Positions 19,312-27,558 of a stretch of 64,000 bases of DNA are shown in pieces; position 1 is the first letter of the stretch, and the number at the start of each line of letters is the position of its first letter. The stretch covers positions 32,001 to 96,000 of the forward strand of contig CAWFQK010000001.1 of assembly GCA_963817955.1 (NCBI GenBank). Reading direction: 5' to 3'. Below the pieces are notes generated by a model. It saw nothing but the letters and a program-made list of their open reading frames with translations, did not search any database and had not been told where the DNA came from. The DNA comes from an uncultured Gemmatimonadaceae bacterium (GTDB taxonomy: Bacteria; Gemmatimonadota; Gemmatimonadetes; Gemmatimonadales; Gemmatimonadaceae). A program made the translations under genes and the position numbers.

Positions 19312-19593
19312 GTGATCAAGAGCTTCGCCGCCCACGACACCGAACGCCTCTTTGGACGGGAGCCCGTCCGGCGCTATCCGGCCGAGCTTCAGCGCACCAT
19401 GCTCCGCAAACTCATTGTCGTGGACGCGGCGGAGCAGCTCGAGGATCTCCGGAGCCCGCCGGGGAATCGCCTGGAAAAGCTCCACGGCGACCGGGCCGGC
19501 CAGCACAGCATTCGCATCAATGACCAATGGCGGATCTGCTTCCGCTGGAAGGATGGCAATGCGTACGACGTCGAGGTCGTTGATTACCACTGA
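19312..19593 (+). CDS. higB: HigB (RelE-like) toxin
   Basis: MIKSF, DLRSPPGNRLEKLHGDRAGQHSIRINDQWRICFRW, VDYH. Confidence 0.95.
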   Translation: MIKSFAAHDTERLFGREPVRRYPAELQRTMLRKLIVVDAAEQLEDLRSPPGNRLEKLHGDRAGQHSIRINDQWRICFRWKDGNAYDVEVVDYH

Positions 19594-19600
19594 GGCCCAC

Positions 19601-19906
19601 ATGGCGCACCGCAAACTGACTCCCATCCATCCCGGCGAGGTACTGGCTGCCGACTTCCTCGAGCCGCTGGGCTTGTCGCAGTATCGCTTGGCCAAGGATA
19701 TCAGCGTGCCCGCGCGACGTGTCAACGAGATCGTGCATGGCACGCGGGCGATCAGCGCCGACACCGCGCTGCGGCTCGCGCGGTATTTTGGCACGAGCGA
19801 TCGCTTCTGGCTGAACCTCCAAGCCCGATATGATCTTGAAGTCGAACGCGATCACCTGGGTGCCCGCCTCGAAAAGGAAGTTCGAGTGTTCGACCGAGCT
19901 GGCTAG
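19601..19906 (+). CDS. higA: HigA antitoxin (HTH-XRE)
   Basis: PIHPGEVL, RVNEIVHGTRAISADTALRLARYFGTS, FWLNLQARYDL. Confidence 0.95.
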   Translation: MAHRKLTPIHPGEVLAADFLEPLGLSQYRLAKDISVPARRVNEIVHGTRAISADTALRLARYFGTSDRFWLNLQARYDLEVERDHLGARLEKEVRVFDRAG

Positions 19907-20059
19907 CGAGCTAACGAGGATGTAGGAAAGGCCGTTCGGAGGTGATGGCGCGCGGCCGCGGAGATGCCGTCGGACGTCGGAACCTTCGGCGGCTACGGTT
20001 CGGTGTGGGAGGGTTCTAATCCGCGCCGGGCGGGCATTAAGTTGAAGTCGGAGGGTCGA

Positions 20060-20257
20060 ATGAAATACAAAGTTGCGGTGCGCCACGACGAGGAAGGCTA
20101 CAGTGTCTCCGTCCCAGGCTTGCCCGGTTGCTGGTCGCAAGGCGCCACCGAAGCGGAAGCCGTGGACAACATCGCCGATGCGATTCGGGAATACCTGGCC
20201 GCGCGCGACGAGATGATCGGCGGCAGTGACGTGCGCGAGATCGAGGTTGCCGTCTAG
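20060..20257 (+). CDS. hicB: HicB family antitoxin (short form)
   Basis: GYSVSVPGLPGCWSQGATEAEAVDNIADAI; GGAGGG RBS. Confidence 0.9.
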   Translation: MKYKVAVRHDEEGYSVSVPGLPGCWSQGATEAEAVDNIADAIREYLAARDEMIGGSDVREIEVAV

Positions 20258-20260
20258 CGC

Positions 20261-20473
20261 GTGGGAAAGATTCCCGGCGTCAATCATCTCCACGCCATCC
20301 GTGCGCTCGAGAAAGCGGGCTTCCGCATCGTTCGGGAAGGCAAGCATACCGTGATGTCGGACGGTGAGCGTATCCTCACTATCCCTCGGCACAACCCCGT
20401 CAATGCCTTCACGATGGGCGGTATCGTACGCGATGCCGGGTTGACCGCCGACGAGTTTCGCAAGCTCCTCTGA
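20261..20473 (+). CDS. hicA: HicA family toxin
   Basis: ALEKAGFRIVREGKH, TIPRH, IVRDAGLT. Confidence 0.9.
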   Translation: MGKIPGVNHLHAIRALEKAGFRIVREGKHTVMSDGERILTIPRHNPVNAFTMGGIVRDAGLTADEFRKLL

Positions 20474-20574
20474 GCGGCCGGCTAACGAGGATGTAGGAAA
20501 ACCCCAATTGGCCGGCGAGCCGACCGCGCCGCGTCGTCGATGCCCGGCGGCGGCGGAACTGGTCACGCGTGTGG

Positions 20575-20692
20575 CGGCGCCCGGAGGGCAAGACGCTGGA
20601 GTTCAAGCGCGATCTCTCCTCCCCTGACGACGCCTTGAAGACCCTAGTCGCCTCCGCGAATACGGCCGGCGGCACGTTGCTCGTGGGAGGGG
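20575..20692 (+). pseudogene. fragment of a Schlafen/AlbA_2 domain gene
   Basis: RPEGKTLEFKRDLSS...KTLVASANTAGGTLLVG; similarity ends at the attC-like repeat. Confidence 0.7.
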
Positions 20693-20708
20693 TGCATGCG
20701 AGCCAACT

Positions 20709-20772
20709 TCCGGAGCTCGCTGCGCTCGCATTTTGTTGGATGTGCTCGCAGGCTAGCTCGGGCATTTGGCGG
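20709..20772 (+). repeat. degenerate attC 3' half
   Basis: GGAGCTCGCTGCGCTCGCATT...GCTAGCTCGGGCATTTGGC resembles 18061-18120. Confidence 0.55.
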
Positions 20773-20862
20773 ACAACAGCCACGCACGACAGGTCCGACC
20801 AGCCGAGGGCGCCGAGCCCCGCGCCGTGGCCTCGGGTTCGACCCGGCATTATACCTCCAAGC

Positions 20863-21081
20863 ATGACAAAGCTGATGGAACAAGCGCTGCGCGCCGTCGC
20901 CGAGCTGCCCGAGGCTGAGCAGGACGCGCTTGCCGTTTCGATTCTAGCCGAAGTGAAGGGCGAGGAGGCGTGGGATCGCCAGTTTCAGGACTCCGCGCGG
21001 CAGCTCGAGCACCTAGCCGACGAGGCGCTCAGCGAACACGGCGAAGGTCGCTCCACGCCGCTCGACCCTGACGCGCTGTAA
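20863..21081 (+). CDS. small acidic protein, probable type II antitoxin
   Basis: MTKLMEQAL...LPEAEQDALA...WDRQF...LADEAL...GRSTPLDPDAL. Proteins of this kind usually precede ParE/RelE-like toxins. Confidence 0.65.
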   Translation: MTKLMEQALRAVAELPEAEQDALAVSILAEVKGEEAWDRQFQDSARQLEHLADEALSEHGEGRSTPLDPDAL

Positions 21082-21440
21082 CGCCCGATCGGTCCGCTCA
21101 TCTCGCACTCGCGGACGACCACGCGGTTTCGTGAGCGGACTACGACCGTTTGCTGGCGACCTTGCGCTAGGTTCGGAATCACGAGCCGCTCGCGGGCAAA
21201 CGGAACCGCTCGCCGGCAAGCACGAATCCCTCGCGGTCAAAGACGAATCCTCGCAAGCGACACGGGACCTCGCGGCCGTGTCGGAGGTTTCACGGCTCGT
21301 CTAGCTCGGATGCCGGCGTGCTCACGATCAAGGGCTCGCCGTGCCGGAGGGATCCAGCCGTTCAGGCAGCAGACCCTCCCCGTAAAGCGCCGTAAAGGCA
21401 GAACGACTCACCTACACGCCCCCCAGCCTCCCAAATCCCC

Positions 21441-21880
21441 CCCGCAGCCCGCCGAAAAACACCCGTGGTCTTGCGGATTGCAAACGTAACCCGCCGGAAC
21501 GCCCCCGTAGACCAGCTGATCGCGCCCGTAGGTCGCCGGAACACAAAAGTATCGCTAAAATCTGCTCCGATATGACGCAAATCGACACAAGGATGCGCCC
21601 GGAACGTCCCCGTGGTGCGCCTGTTCGTGCCCGTAGGTCGCCTGTGCGTGCCCGTGGTGCGCCTGTTCGTGCCCGTAGGTCGCCTGATCGACTCCGTCAT
21701 GTTGCAAATTGCGAAAAGTATGGGCCGAATCGAGGTGAGGGAGCAACTGTTCGCCCCCGTGGGGCGACTGAACGGGGTGCACGGGCACCTGTTCGACCCT
21801 ATCGAGTACCGAGGCGAGGCGAGCTTGCCGCGGAACAAGGTGCAGGCCCGCCTGATCAGCCCTATTGGGCAGCTGGCAGT
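21441..21880. repeat. degenerate 21-bp periodic repeat region
   Basis: In-phase CCCGT-starting units at 21462, 21504, 21525, 21609, 21630, 21651, 21672 and 21756; near-perfect 42-bp duplication at 21609-21692. Confidence 0.75.
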
Positions 21881-21914
21881 CGTTCCAGACCGACTATCCT
21901 CGAACTAAGCGCGA

Positions 21915-24650
21915 CTAACCGCGCCGCCCCCCGCCCTTGCGCCCCTTACCGCCCGGCGCACTGAACCGACCGCCCGACTTTTTTCGCCGACCGGGGAACT
22001 CGGAGCCTGTGGCCTGGCGATGGTCTTTCAACTCTCCGCCCGCTTGGCGGGTGTGTCGCCCGCGCTTGCGATCGAGACGGTCGCGACGGTGATCATCCTG
22101 CGTCCGTTCGAGTTCGGAGATCTCCTGCGCCGTGAAGGGCCGGTCGAGTTCGGCCTGTAGTTCATCGAGTGTCGCCGCCCGCGCCGCGCCGCGGGCGCCG
22201 CGGGTCACGATGAACCGGAGCGGCCGATCGAGTTGCGGAAGCTCCTCGGGCGCCAGCGTGCGAGCCAGTTTCTCGGGAAGGCGCAGCCGCACCACGCCAA
22301 TGTTCCCGTCCGGGGTCTCTTCGACCTCGTAATGGATCTCGACGTCGCGATCGCGAATGGACGTCGACGTCGGCAGCGAGGCATAGCGGTCGCGCACTTC
22401 GCGCGGCACGATCTCGTCTACATCCACATGGACCGCCGTCTGACGGAACTCCGTCATCGAGCCTACAGCCGCGAGCTGTTGCTCGTAGAGTGCGGTCAGG
22501 TCGGCAAGGTTCAGCCTGGGCGTCTGTCCGCCCGACCGGCGATACGTCTCGCGCACTGCCTCGATCGCATCCTGATTCCGCTTCGCGCCCGGGTGTCGCG
22601 CGTCGCCCCGGGCCAGCGCTTCGGCGAGTACGTGGCGCGCGCGATCGGCAAGCTCCGGCGGAAATTCATCGATCGGTTCGATCTCGCGCTCGAGCTCGAA
22701 TCCGTGATACTGCACGCGGCGCCTGAGCACGAGCGGCGAGCGGCGACTCTCCGGATTGTAGACCAGCTCTCCTTCCATCACTACCGCGTGCTGGCGGAGC
22801 AGCTCGAACGGGATCTGCGTTCCCTCGATCGACGCGCGCGGGTTGCCGAACTTGTCGGCGAAGTAGCGTAGCTCGCCGGTAATCGGCCCCCAACTTCCAC
22901 AAACGCTCGTCTTCGATACGCGTGCGTCGTCGCCCGAGAGGGTCTGCTCGTCGATGACGAGTGTGAACGGCAGGTACGCGGCGAGCAGTTCCTGGAATGT
23001 GCGCAGCACGTCGTCGCCGCCGTTTGCCATGCGCGCGGGCAATGGCACTCCGATCGACCGATAGATGCTCGCCATGCCCAGCGCCGCGTCCTCGATCGAT
23101 TTCACGAGCGCGCCGCGGCGGTCCGCCCACCGCTGGATCTTCTCTTCGTCGAACAGATGCCGCGGCAGGCCGTACACTGTTCCCATGCGACCGGCGTGCC
23201 GGTAGGCCTCCGCATACAGATTGTACGCGGTGAGGTGGTCGCTGCCGGGCACGATCAAACCAGTGAGATCGCGCTCTTCGCGCGTCATGCGGTGCAACGA
23301 CTCCACGGAGCTCATCACGGCCAGGAAGGGCAGCAGCTCGTCACTGCCGTGCACCAGCAATTCGGCCCACGCGCGTTCCACCGGCATGGCTTCCACCGCC
23401 TTGCCATAACCCGTGAGCCGTCCGTGCTCCACGATGCCGCGCTCTTCCAGCAGCGCCAGCGCCTGCCGGTACGCCAGCTTGTCGAGTGGCACCGGGAGAT
23501 CCAGCTCGTCGGCGCGCACGCCCAGCGCCGCACAGGTGATGGCGACGCGCTCCGAGTCGCCCGCGAGCTGGAACTCCGGCTCGGTGGGCTGGAGGTGCTC
23601 GAACTGGATGTCGCGATCGGACAGGATGAAGACGCGTCCGCCTTCCACTCGGCCGTGCACGCGCCCCGCCATCTGCAGGATCTCGTTGGCGCCGAGGTGC
23701 TCCTGTGAGAGCACATTGCGCCCGCGGTCGATGGCGTTGAAGAACTTCTTGTCGTCGATGATCACCGTGTCCAGGCCGTGCACGTTGAGTGCGCTCTGGC
23801 CGGCCGCGGTCATGGCGAGGAAGTACGGTTTCTGCTCGCCGCCGTCGAGAAATGGGCGCAGGATGCGAATCGGCTCACCGCCATGATAGAACGCGGTGTT
23901 GATTCGCGGCGCCAGGTGCCGCACGTGCTCGGCGGCATCCTCGACACCGCGGCGCGTGGGGACGAACAACGCCACGCCGCGCTTCTGTTTCACGAGCTGG
24001 CGCAGAAACGCTTCATCGAGGAACGCCGGCGCCTGCTTGCGAATGACGCGCACCTGCGCCGCCTTCTTCGGGTCGAACTCGTAGACCTCGAGGACGTCCG
24101 CCGAGTTTAGATATTTGGCATAGAACGCCGGATTCACGGTTGCCGAGAGCCAGATGTAGCGGCAGCCGACCCGCTTGCCGAGGGCGAGGCACAGCTCGAG
24201 CTCCGCCGACGTCTGGTGGATCTCGTCGACGACGATGGTGTCGGTGGTGAGGATGTCGCCTTCCTCGAACCAGCGGCGCGCAATGCCCGTCGTGACGATG
24301 ATGACATTCCACGTGGGCGTCTCCGGCGTCGCCTCGCGCTCCCGATTCACGACGCCCACCTTGAGCTCCGTCGTGCCGAGGATCTCCTCGGCGATTGGCC
24401 GAATGGCGAGGGTCTTTCCCGTGCCAGTGCCGGCGACGATGCCGAAGCCTCGGCCGGAGCGCGCGAGCGCTCGCACGCGCGGGCCGTGGTGCTGTTCGAG
24501 ATAGGTATTGATGTGGAGTCCCACCGCGAGCTCAATGGTCTCGCAGGCCGCGCGCGTGGGCGCGATCACGATCACGCGGCCGGTGGCCGGCTCGCTCTGA
24601 ACGAAGGAATCGTGATCGGGGAGGTATGGATCGCGGACGTTTCGAATCAC
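21915..24650 (-). CDS. SF2 DEAH-type helicase (HrpA/HrpB-like)
   Basis: GTGTGKT, DEIH, SAT, QMAGR; basic Gly/Arg-rich C-terminal tail. Confidence 0.85.
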   Translation of the reverse strand: MIRNVRDPYLPDHDSFVQSEPATGRVIVIAPTRAACETIELAVGLHINTYLEQHHGPRVRALARSGRGFGIVAGTGTGKTLAIRPIAEEILGTTELKVGVVNREREATPETPTWNVIIVTTGIARRWFEEGDILTTDTIVVDEIHQTSAELELCLALGKRVGCRYIWLSATVNPAFYAKYLNSADVLEVYEFDPKKAAQVRVIRKQAPAFLDEAFLRQLVKQKRGVALFVPTRRGVEDAAEHVRHLAPRINTAFYHGGEPIRILRPFLDGGEQKPYFLAMTAAGQSALNVHGLDTVIIDDKKFFNAIDRGRNVLSQEHLGANEILQMAGRVHGRVEGGRVFILSDRDIQFEHLQPTEPEFQLAGDSERVAITCAALGVRADELDLPVPLDKLAYRQALALLEERGIVEHGRLTGYGKAVEAMPVERAWAELLVHGSDELLPFLAVMSSVESLHRMTREERDLTGLIVPGSDHLTAYNLYAEAYRHAGRMGTVYGLPRHLFDEEKIQRWADRRGALVKSIEDAALGMASIYRSIGVPLPARMANGGDDVLRTFQELLAAYLPFTLVIDEQTLSGDDARVSKTSVCGSWGPITGELRYFADKFGNPRASIEGTQIPFELLRQHAVVMEGELVYNPESRRSPLVLRRRVQYHGFELEREIEPIDEFPPELADRARHVLAEALARGDARHPGAKRNQDAIEAVRETYRRSGGQTPRLNLADLTALYEQQLAAVGSMTEFRQTAVHVDVDEIVPREVRDRYASLPTSTSIRDRDVEIHYEVEETPDGNIGVVRLRLPEKLARTLAPEELPQLDRPLRFIVTRGARGAARAATLDELQAELDRPFTAQEISELERTQDDHRRDRLDRKRGRHTRQAGGELKDHRQATGSEFPGRRKKSGGRFSAPGGKGRKGGGRRG

Positions 24651-24679
24651 GCGATCACTGGAGACTTTGACAGTGCGCT

Positions 24680-25048
24680 CTACTCCGGAGGTCGTTTCGG
24701 AAAGAATGTCTGCGGCGGCCGCTTCACATCGGTGAATCCCTTGATGTTCGGGGGCAGCTTGGTCTTGTCGTCGCCCTTCGCCTTGGTCGAGTCGGAATAA
24801 TCATCCCCGAAGATCACGCGCGCATTTGCCGGACGGTTCTTCACTGCCGTCGGGCAGTCTGTTGCAGCGGGCTGCTGCGCCGCGGGCACATCATCGATCC
24901 AGATCCGGCACATGCCCTTTGGCGGCCGGGAGTCGGCCGGGATGGCCGGTTTTCGGGCGCTCTCCTTGAACGTCCGCTGCTGCGCCATGGCGGGCGCTGC
25001 AGTCGCGACGATCAGGCCAAATGTGAGTACCGTGCTGAACCGCGTCAT
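24680..25048 (-). CDS. hypothetical secreted protein
   Basis: GGAGGGGAG RBS, signal peptide (AAPAMA|QQ), PPKGMCRIWIDDVP...DC motif. Confidence 0.75.
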   Translation of the reverse strand: MTRFSTVLTFGLIVATAAPAMAQQRTFKESARKPAIPADSRPPKGMCRIWIDDVPAAQQPAATDCPTAVKNRPANARVIFGDDYSDSTKAKGDDKTKLPPNIKGFTDVKRPPQTFFPKRPPE

Positions 25049-25093
25049 CTCCCCTCCATCTACTTCCCGAACACTGGGTGCGCTGACCAGTAA

Positions 25094-25159
25094 GGCAGAG
25101 CCAATGCCAATCCCCGACGCAGATCGCGCGGTTGGAAGACTAACGATTTCAAGCACTTA
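25094..25159 (-). promoter_or_regulatory. putative sigma54 promoter with upstream IHF site
   Basis: TGGCATTGGCTCTGC (GG-N10-GC) on the minus strand. TTTCAAGCACTTA (25147-25159) is one mismatch from the IHF consensus WATCAANNNNTTR. Confidence 0.5.
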
Positions 25160-25226
25160 GGGGAAACAGTGTATACATATATCGTAGACGGCTGTCTCTG
25201 TCGAGGGAAAAGGGTGTCCGTTCAGA

Positions 25227-25287
25227 GGGACACGAGACACGGGACACGGGACACGGGACACGGGACAACGGGACAACGGGACAACGG
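25227..25287. repeat. short tandem heptamer/octamer repeat (GRGACAC)5 (GGGACAAC)3
   Basis: Read directly; lies just downstream of the pfkA stop. Confidence 0.9.
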
Positions 25288-25289
25288 CA

Positions 25290-26369
25290 TCAGTCGCCAA
25301 AGCTGATGCCCGTCGCTCTTGCGGTCAGCACAATGTCGTGGGATGGATCGACTCGCTTGGGCTGGCGGAGCGCCTCCTCGATCGGGATCGTCACGATGTG
25401 CGGCGATTGTAGGGCGACCATCTGTCCCCATTTCTCGTCGGCCACCGCACGTACCGCAGCCCCGCCAAAGCGTGTGGCGAGCAGACGATCGTAACCAGTC
25501 GGCATTCCGCCGCGCTGCAGATGGCCGAGCACGAGCGAGCGCGTCTCCTTGCCGCTGATGCGCTGGATCTCCCGCGCCACCGTCTCGCACACGCCGCCAA
25601 GGCGGCGTGATTCACCGGGCAACGAGTCGCCGATGAGCGATACTTTGCCGCCCGCGGGAAAAGCGCCCTCGGCGACGACGACGATGGAGAAGTGCCGGCC
25701 CGCGCGATCGCGGGCCATGATCTTCTCACACACCTTCTCGATGCTGTACGGAATCTCAGGAATGAGAATGACGTCGGCAGTCCCGGCAACGCCAGCGTTC
25801 AGCGCAATGAAGCCCGTGTCACGCCCCATCACCTCTATCACGATCACGCGATCGTGCGACTCGGCGGTGGTGTGCAGCTTGTCGATGGCGTCGATGGCGG
25901 TGTTGACGGCCGTGTCGAACCCGAACGTCGTGATCGTGCCGCTGACGTCATTGTCGATCGTCTTCGGCACGCCGACGATCTTCATCCCCTTGTCGCAGAG
26001 CAACTTGGCGATGGTCAGCGAGCCGTCACCGCCAATGGCAATGAGTGCATCGATACCGAGTCGCCGCGCGTTTGCGATCAGTTCGTCCGAACGATCCTCC
26101 TCCACCACGCTGCCATCGGCGCACTTGCGCGGGTAATGGAACGGGTTGCCCCGATTCGTCGTCCGCAGGATCGTGCCGCCGAGGTGCGCGATGCCGCGCA
26201 CGGAGTCCTTGGTGAGCGGCACGACTTCGTCTTCGCCCATCAACCCGGCGTAGCCACGCTTGATCCCGAGCACGTCCCAGCCGCAATTGATGGCGGAGAG
26301 CACGGCGGCGCGAATGACAGCATTGAGCCCGGGAGCGTCGCCGCCGCCGGTGGAAATGGCAATTCTCAT
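25290..26369 (-). CDS. pfkA: 6-phosphofructokinase
   Basis: GGGDAPGLN, GGTILRT, IGGDGS, PKTIDND, EVMGR, LGHLQRGG. Confidence 0.95.
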   Translation of the reverse strand: MRIAISTGGGDAPGLNAVIRAAVLSAINCGWDVLGIKRGYAGLMGEDEVVPLTKDSVRGIAHLGGTILRTTNRGNPFHYPRKCADGSVVEEDRSDELIANARRLGIDALIAIGGDGSLTIAKLLCDKGMKIVGVPKTIDNDVSGTITTFGFDTAVNTAIDAIDKLHTTAESHDRVIVIEVMGRDTGFIALNAGVAGTADVILIPEIPYSIEKVCEKIMARDRAGRHFSIVVVAEGAFPAGGKVSLIGDSLPGESRRLGGVCETVAREIQRISGKETRSLVLGHLQRGGMPTGYDRLLATRFGGAAVRAVADEKWGQMVALQSPHIVTIPIEEALRQPKRVDPSHDIVLTARATGISFGD

Positions 26370-26415
26370 GGCAGAAACTTCGGCGGCAGCGACGTCAGAT
26401 CCAAGGGCTGACAGT

Positions 26416-26643
26416 TCACCATCGCTGTTCCAGCAGCCGAACGATCTCTCCCGGCTCGGCGTGCCGTTTGGCCTTCGATTTCTCGAATACGGGTTCGCCG
26501 TCGGCGAGCACCTCGAACCGCCCGCCGCTTGACGGAATCATCTCGATCTGGGCTTCGGGAAAGCGTTCACGAATCTCGGCCGCCAGCCTGGAGGCCCGAG
26601 GTTCGTAGTTTCATATGGTGCAGTATTCAATGGAGAGATGCAT
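26416..26643 (-). CDS. Rdx/SelW-family selenoprotein (CxxU), 75 aa
   Basis: MHLSIEYCTI[TGA=U]NYEPRASRLAAEIRERFPEAQIEMIPSSGGRFEVLADGEPVFEKSKAKRHAEPGEIVRLLEQRW; in-frame TGA at 26611-26613. Confidence 0.9.
26569..26606 (-). promoter_or_regulatory. bacterial SECIS-like hairpin
   Basis: ACGAACCTCGGGCCTCCAGGCTGGCGGCCGAGATTCGT follows the UGA and folds into a bulged stem with a G-containing apical loop. Confidence 0.65.
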
Positions 26644-26701
26644 AGGTAGCTCGTGGTTGATTGTTCGGTGCGTCTGCGTCTGGAGCGTCTACGTCCGGTC
26701 C

Positions 26702-26935
26702 CTACTTGGTCGGAATGTGGTTCACTTCGGCGATTCGCGCGATGACCGTATCCTGGTGGGCGACGACCTGGCGAAGGGAATCGACGTTCGCCTGGACCTG
26801 CGCGACGTCGTTCTTCAGGTCGCCGATCTGGGTAGCGGCGTCGTTGAGGGCCTGGATCATGTTGGCCTCAGCGCGCGGATTGGTGCAGGCCGAGAGCAGC
26901 AGTGCGGCAGAGAGCAGTAGGCGCGTTGGGCGCAT
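26702..26935 (-). CDS. small coiled-coil lipoprotein
   Basis: Lipobox LLLSAC followed by a heptad-patterned helix. Confidence 0.75.
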   Translation of the reverse strand: MRPTRLLLSAALLLSACTNPRAEANMIQALNDAATQIGDLKNDVAQVQANVDSLRQVVAHQDTVIARIAEVNHIPTK

Positions 26936-27018
26936 GGCGAGCGAAAGTGAAAGTGAAAGAGGTTGCTCGATGCAAAATGGTGCTGAGTTATAGCCCCGTC
27001 GAGCTTCTTTTGCGACGC

Positions 27019-27438
27019 ATGCGCCGGGCATTCACACTTCTCGAGCTCACCGTTGTCACCACGATCGCCGGCCTGCTCATGGCGATGGCCTTGCCGCACC
27101 TTGCCGGGCTCCGCAACAGTGCGGCGGTTCGCAGCGCCATGAGCGATCTGGGCGCCACGTTCTTCCAGGCACGGCAGCTGGCGATGGGGCGGCGGCTGGC
27201 TGTGGCGGTGGTGTTCGACACGGCCCACGGCACCGTCGAGCTCAGGGCAAATCGCCGACTTCTTGTCCGGCGAACCCTGAAGTCGACATACGGGATCAGT
27301 CTTGGTGCCAACCGCGATTCGGCGGTGTATGACGCGAGGGGACTGGGCTATGGTGTGTCTAATATCACCGTTACGGTTCGGCGCGGTGAATACACCGACA
27401 CGTTGACCATGGCGCGGCTCGGCCGCGTGAGGTGGTGA
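27019..27438 (+). CDS. type IV pilin / GspH-FimT-like pseudopilin
   Basis: Prepilin motif MRRA|FTLLELTVV followed by a hydrophobic helix. Confidence 0.85.
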   Translation: MRRAFTLLELTVVTTIAGLLMAMALPHLAGLRNSAAVRSAMSDLGATFFQARQLAMGRRLAVAVVFDTAHGTVELRANRRLLVRRTLKSTYGISLGANRDSAVYDARGLGYGVSNITVTVRRGEYTDTLTMARLGRVRW

Positions 27439-27558
27439 CAAGTGCTTATTCTGCCGATGTTTCGTCCCATATTTCGGATGGGATAGCACCACAGCCGATC
27501 ACCGCGGGCAAAGCCCGATGTGACGTTCGCCGGACGGGGGTGGGTTATAGAGCCAGAG

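Larger units (their letters stand above)
16871..21140 (+). mobile_element. degenerate integron gene-cassette array without integrase (CALIN-like)
   Basis: Co-oriented short genes are bounded by GTTRRRY / RYYYAAC cores and their degenerate versions, and several cassettes are TA modules. No intI in the window. Confidence 0.75.

Noticed and set aside
20569..21081. 170-aa ORF as a genuine AlbA-antitoxin fusion
   Set aside because: The middle part translates an attC-like repeat, so it is a chance read-through joining two cassette remnants.
21609..21692. Possible CRISPR array
   Set aside because: The units are contiguous 21-mers with no unique spacers, and there are no cas genes.
25227..25287. 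ORFs running through heptamer tracts (e.g. 25222-25590, 31652-32008, 40947-41450)
   Set aside because: The translations (SRVPCP-type repeats) are artefacts of the repeat and overlap real genes.
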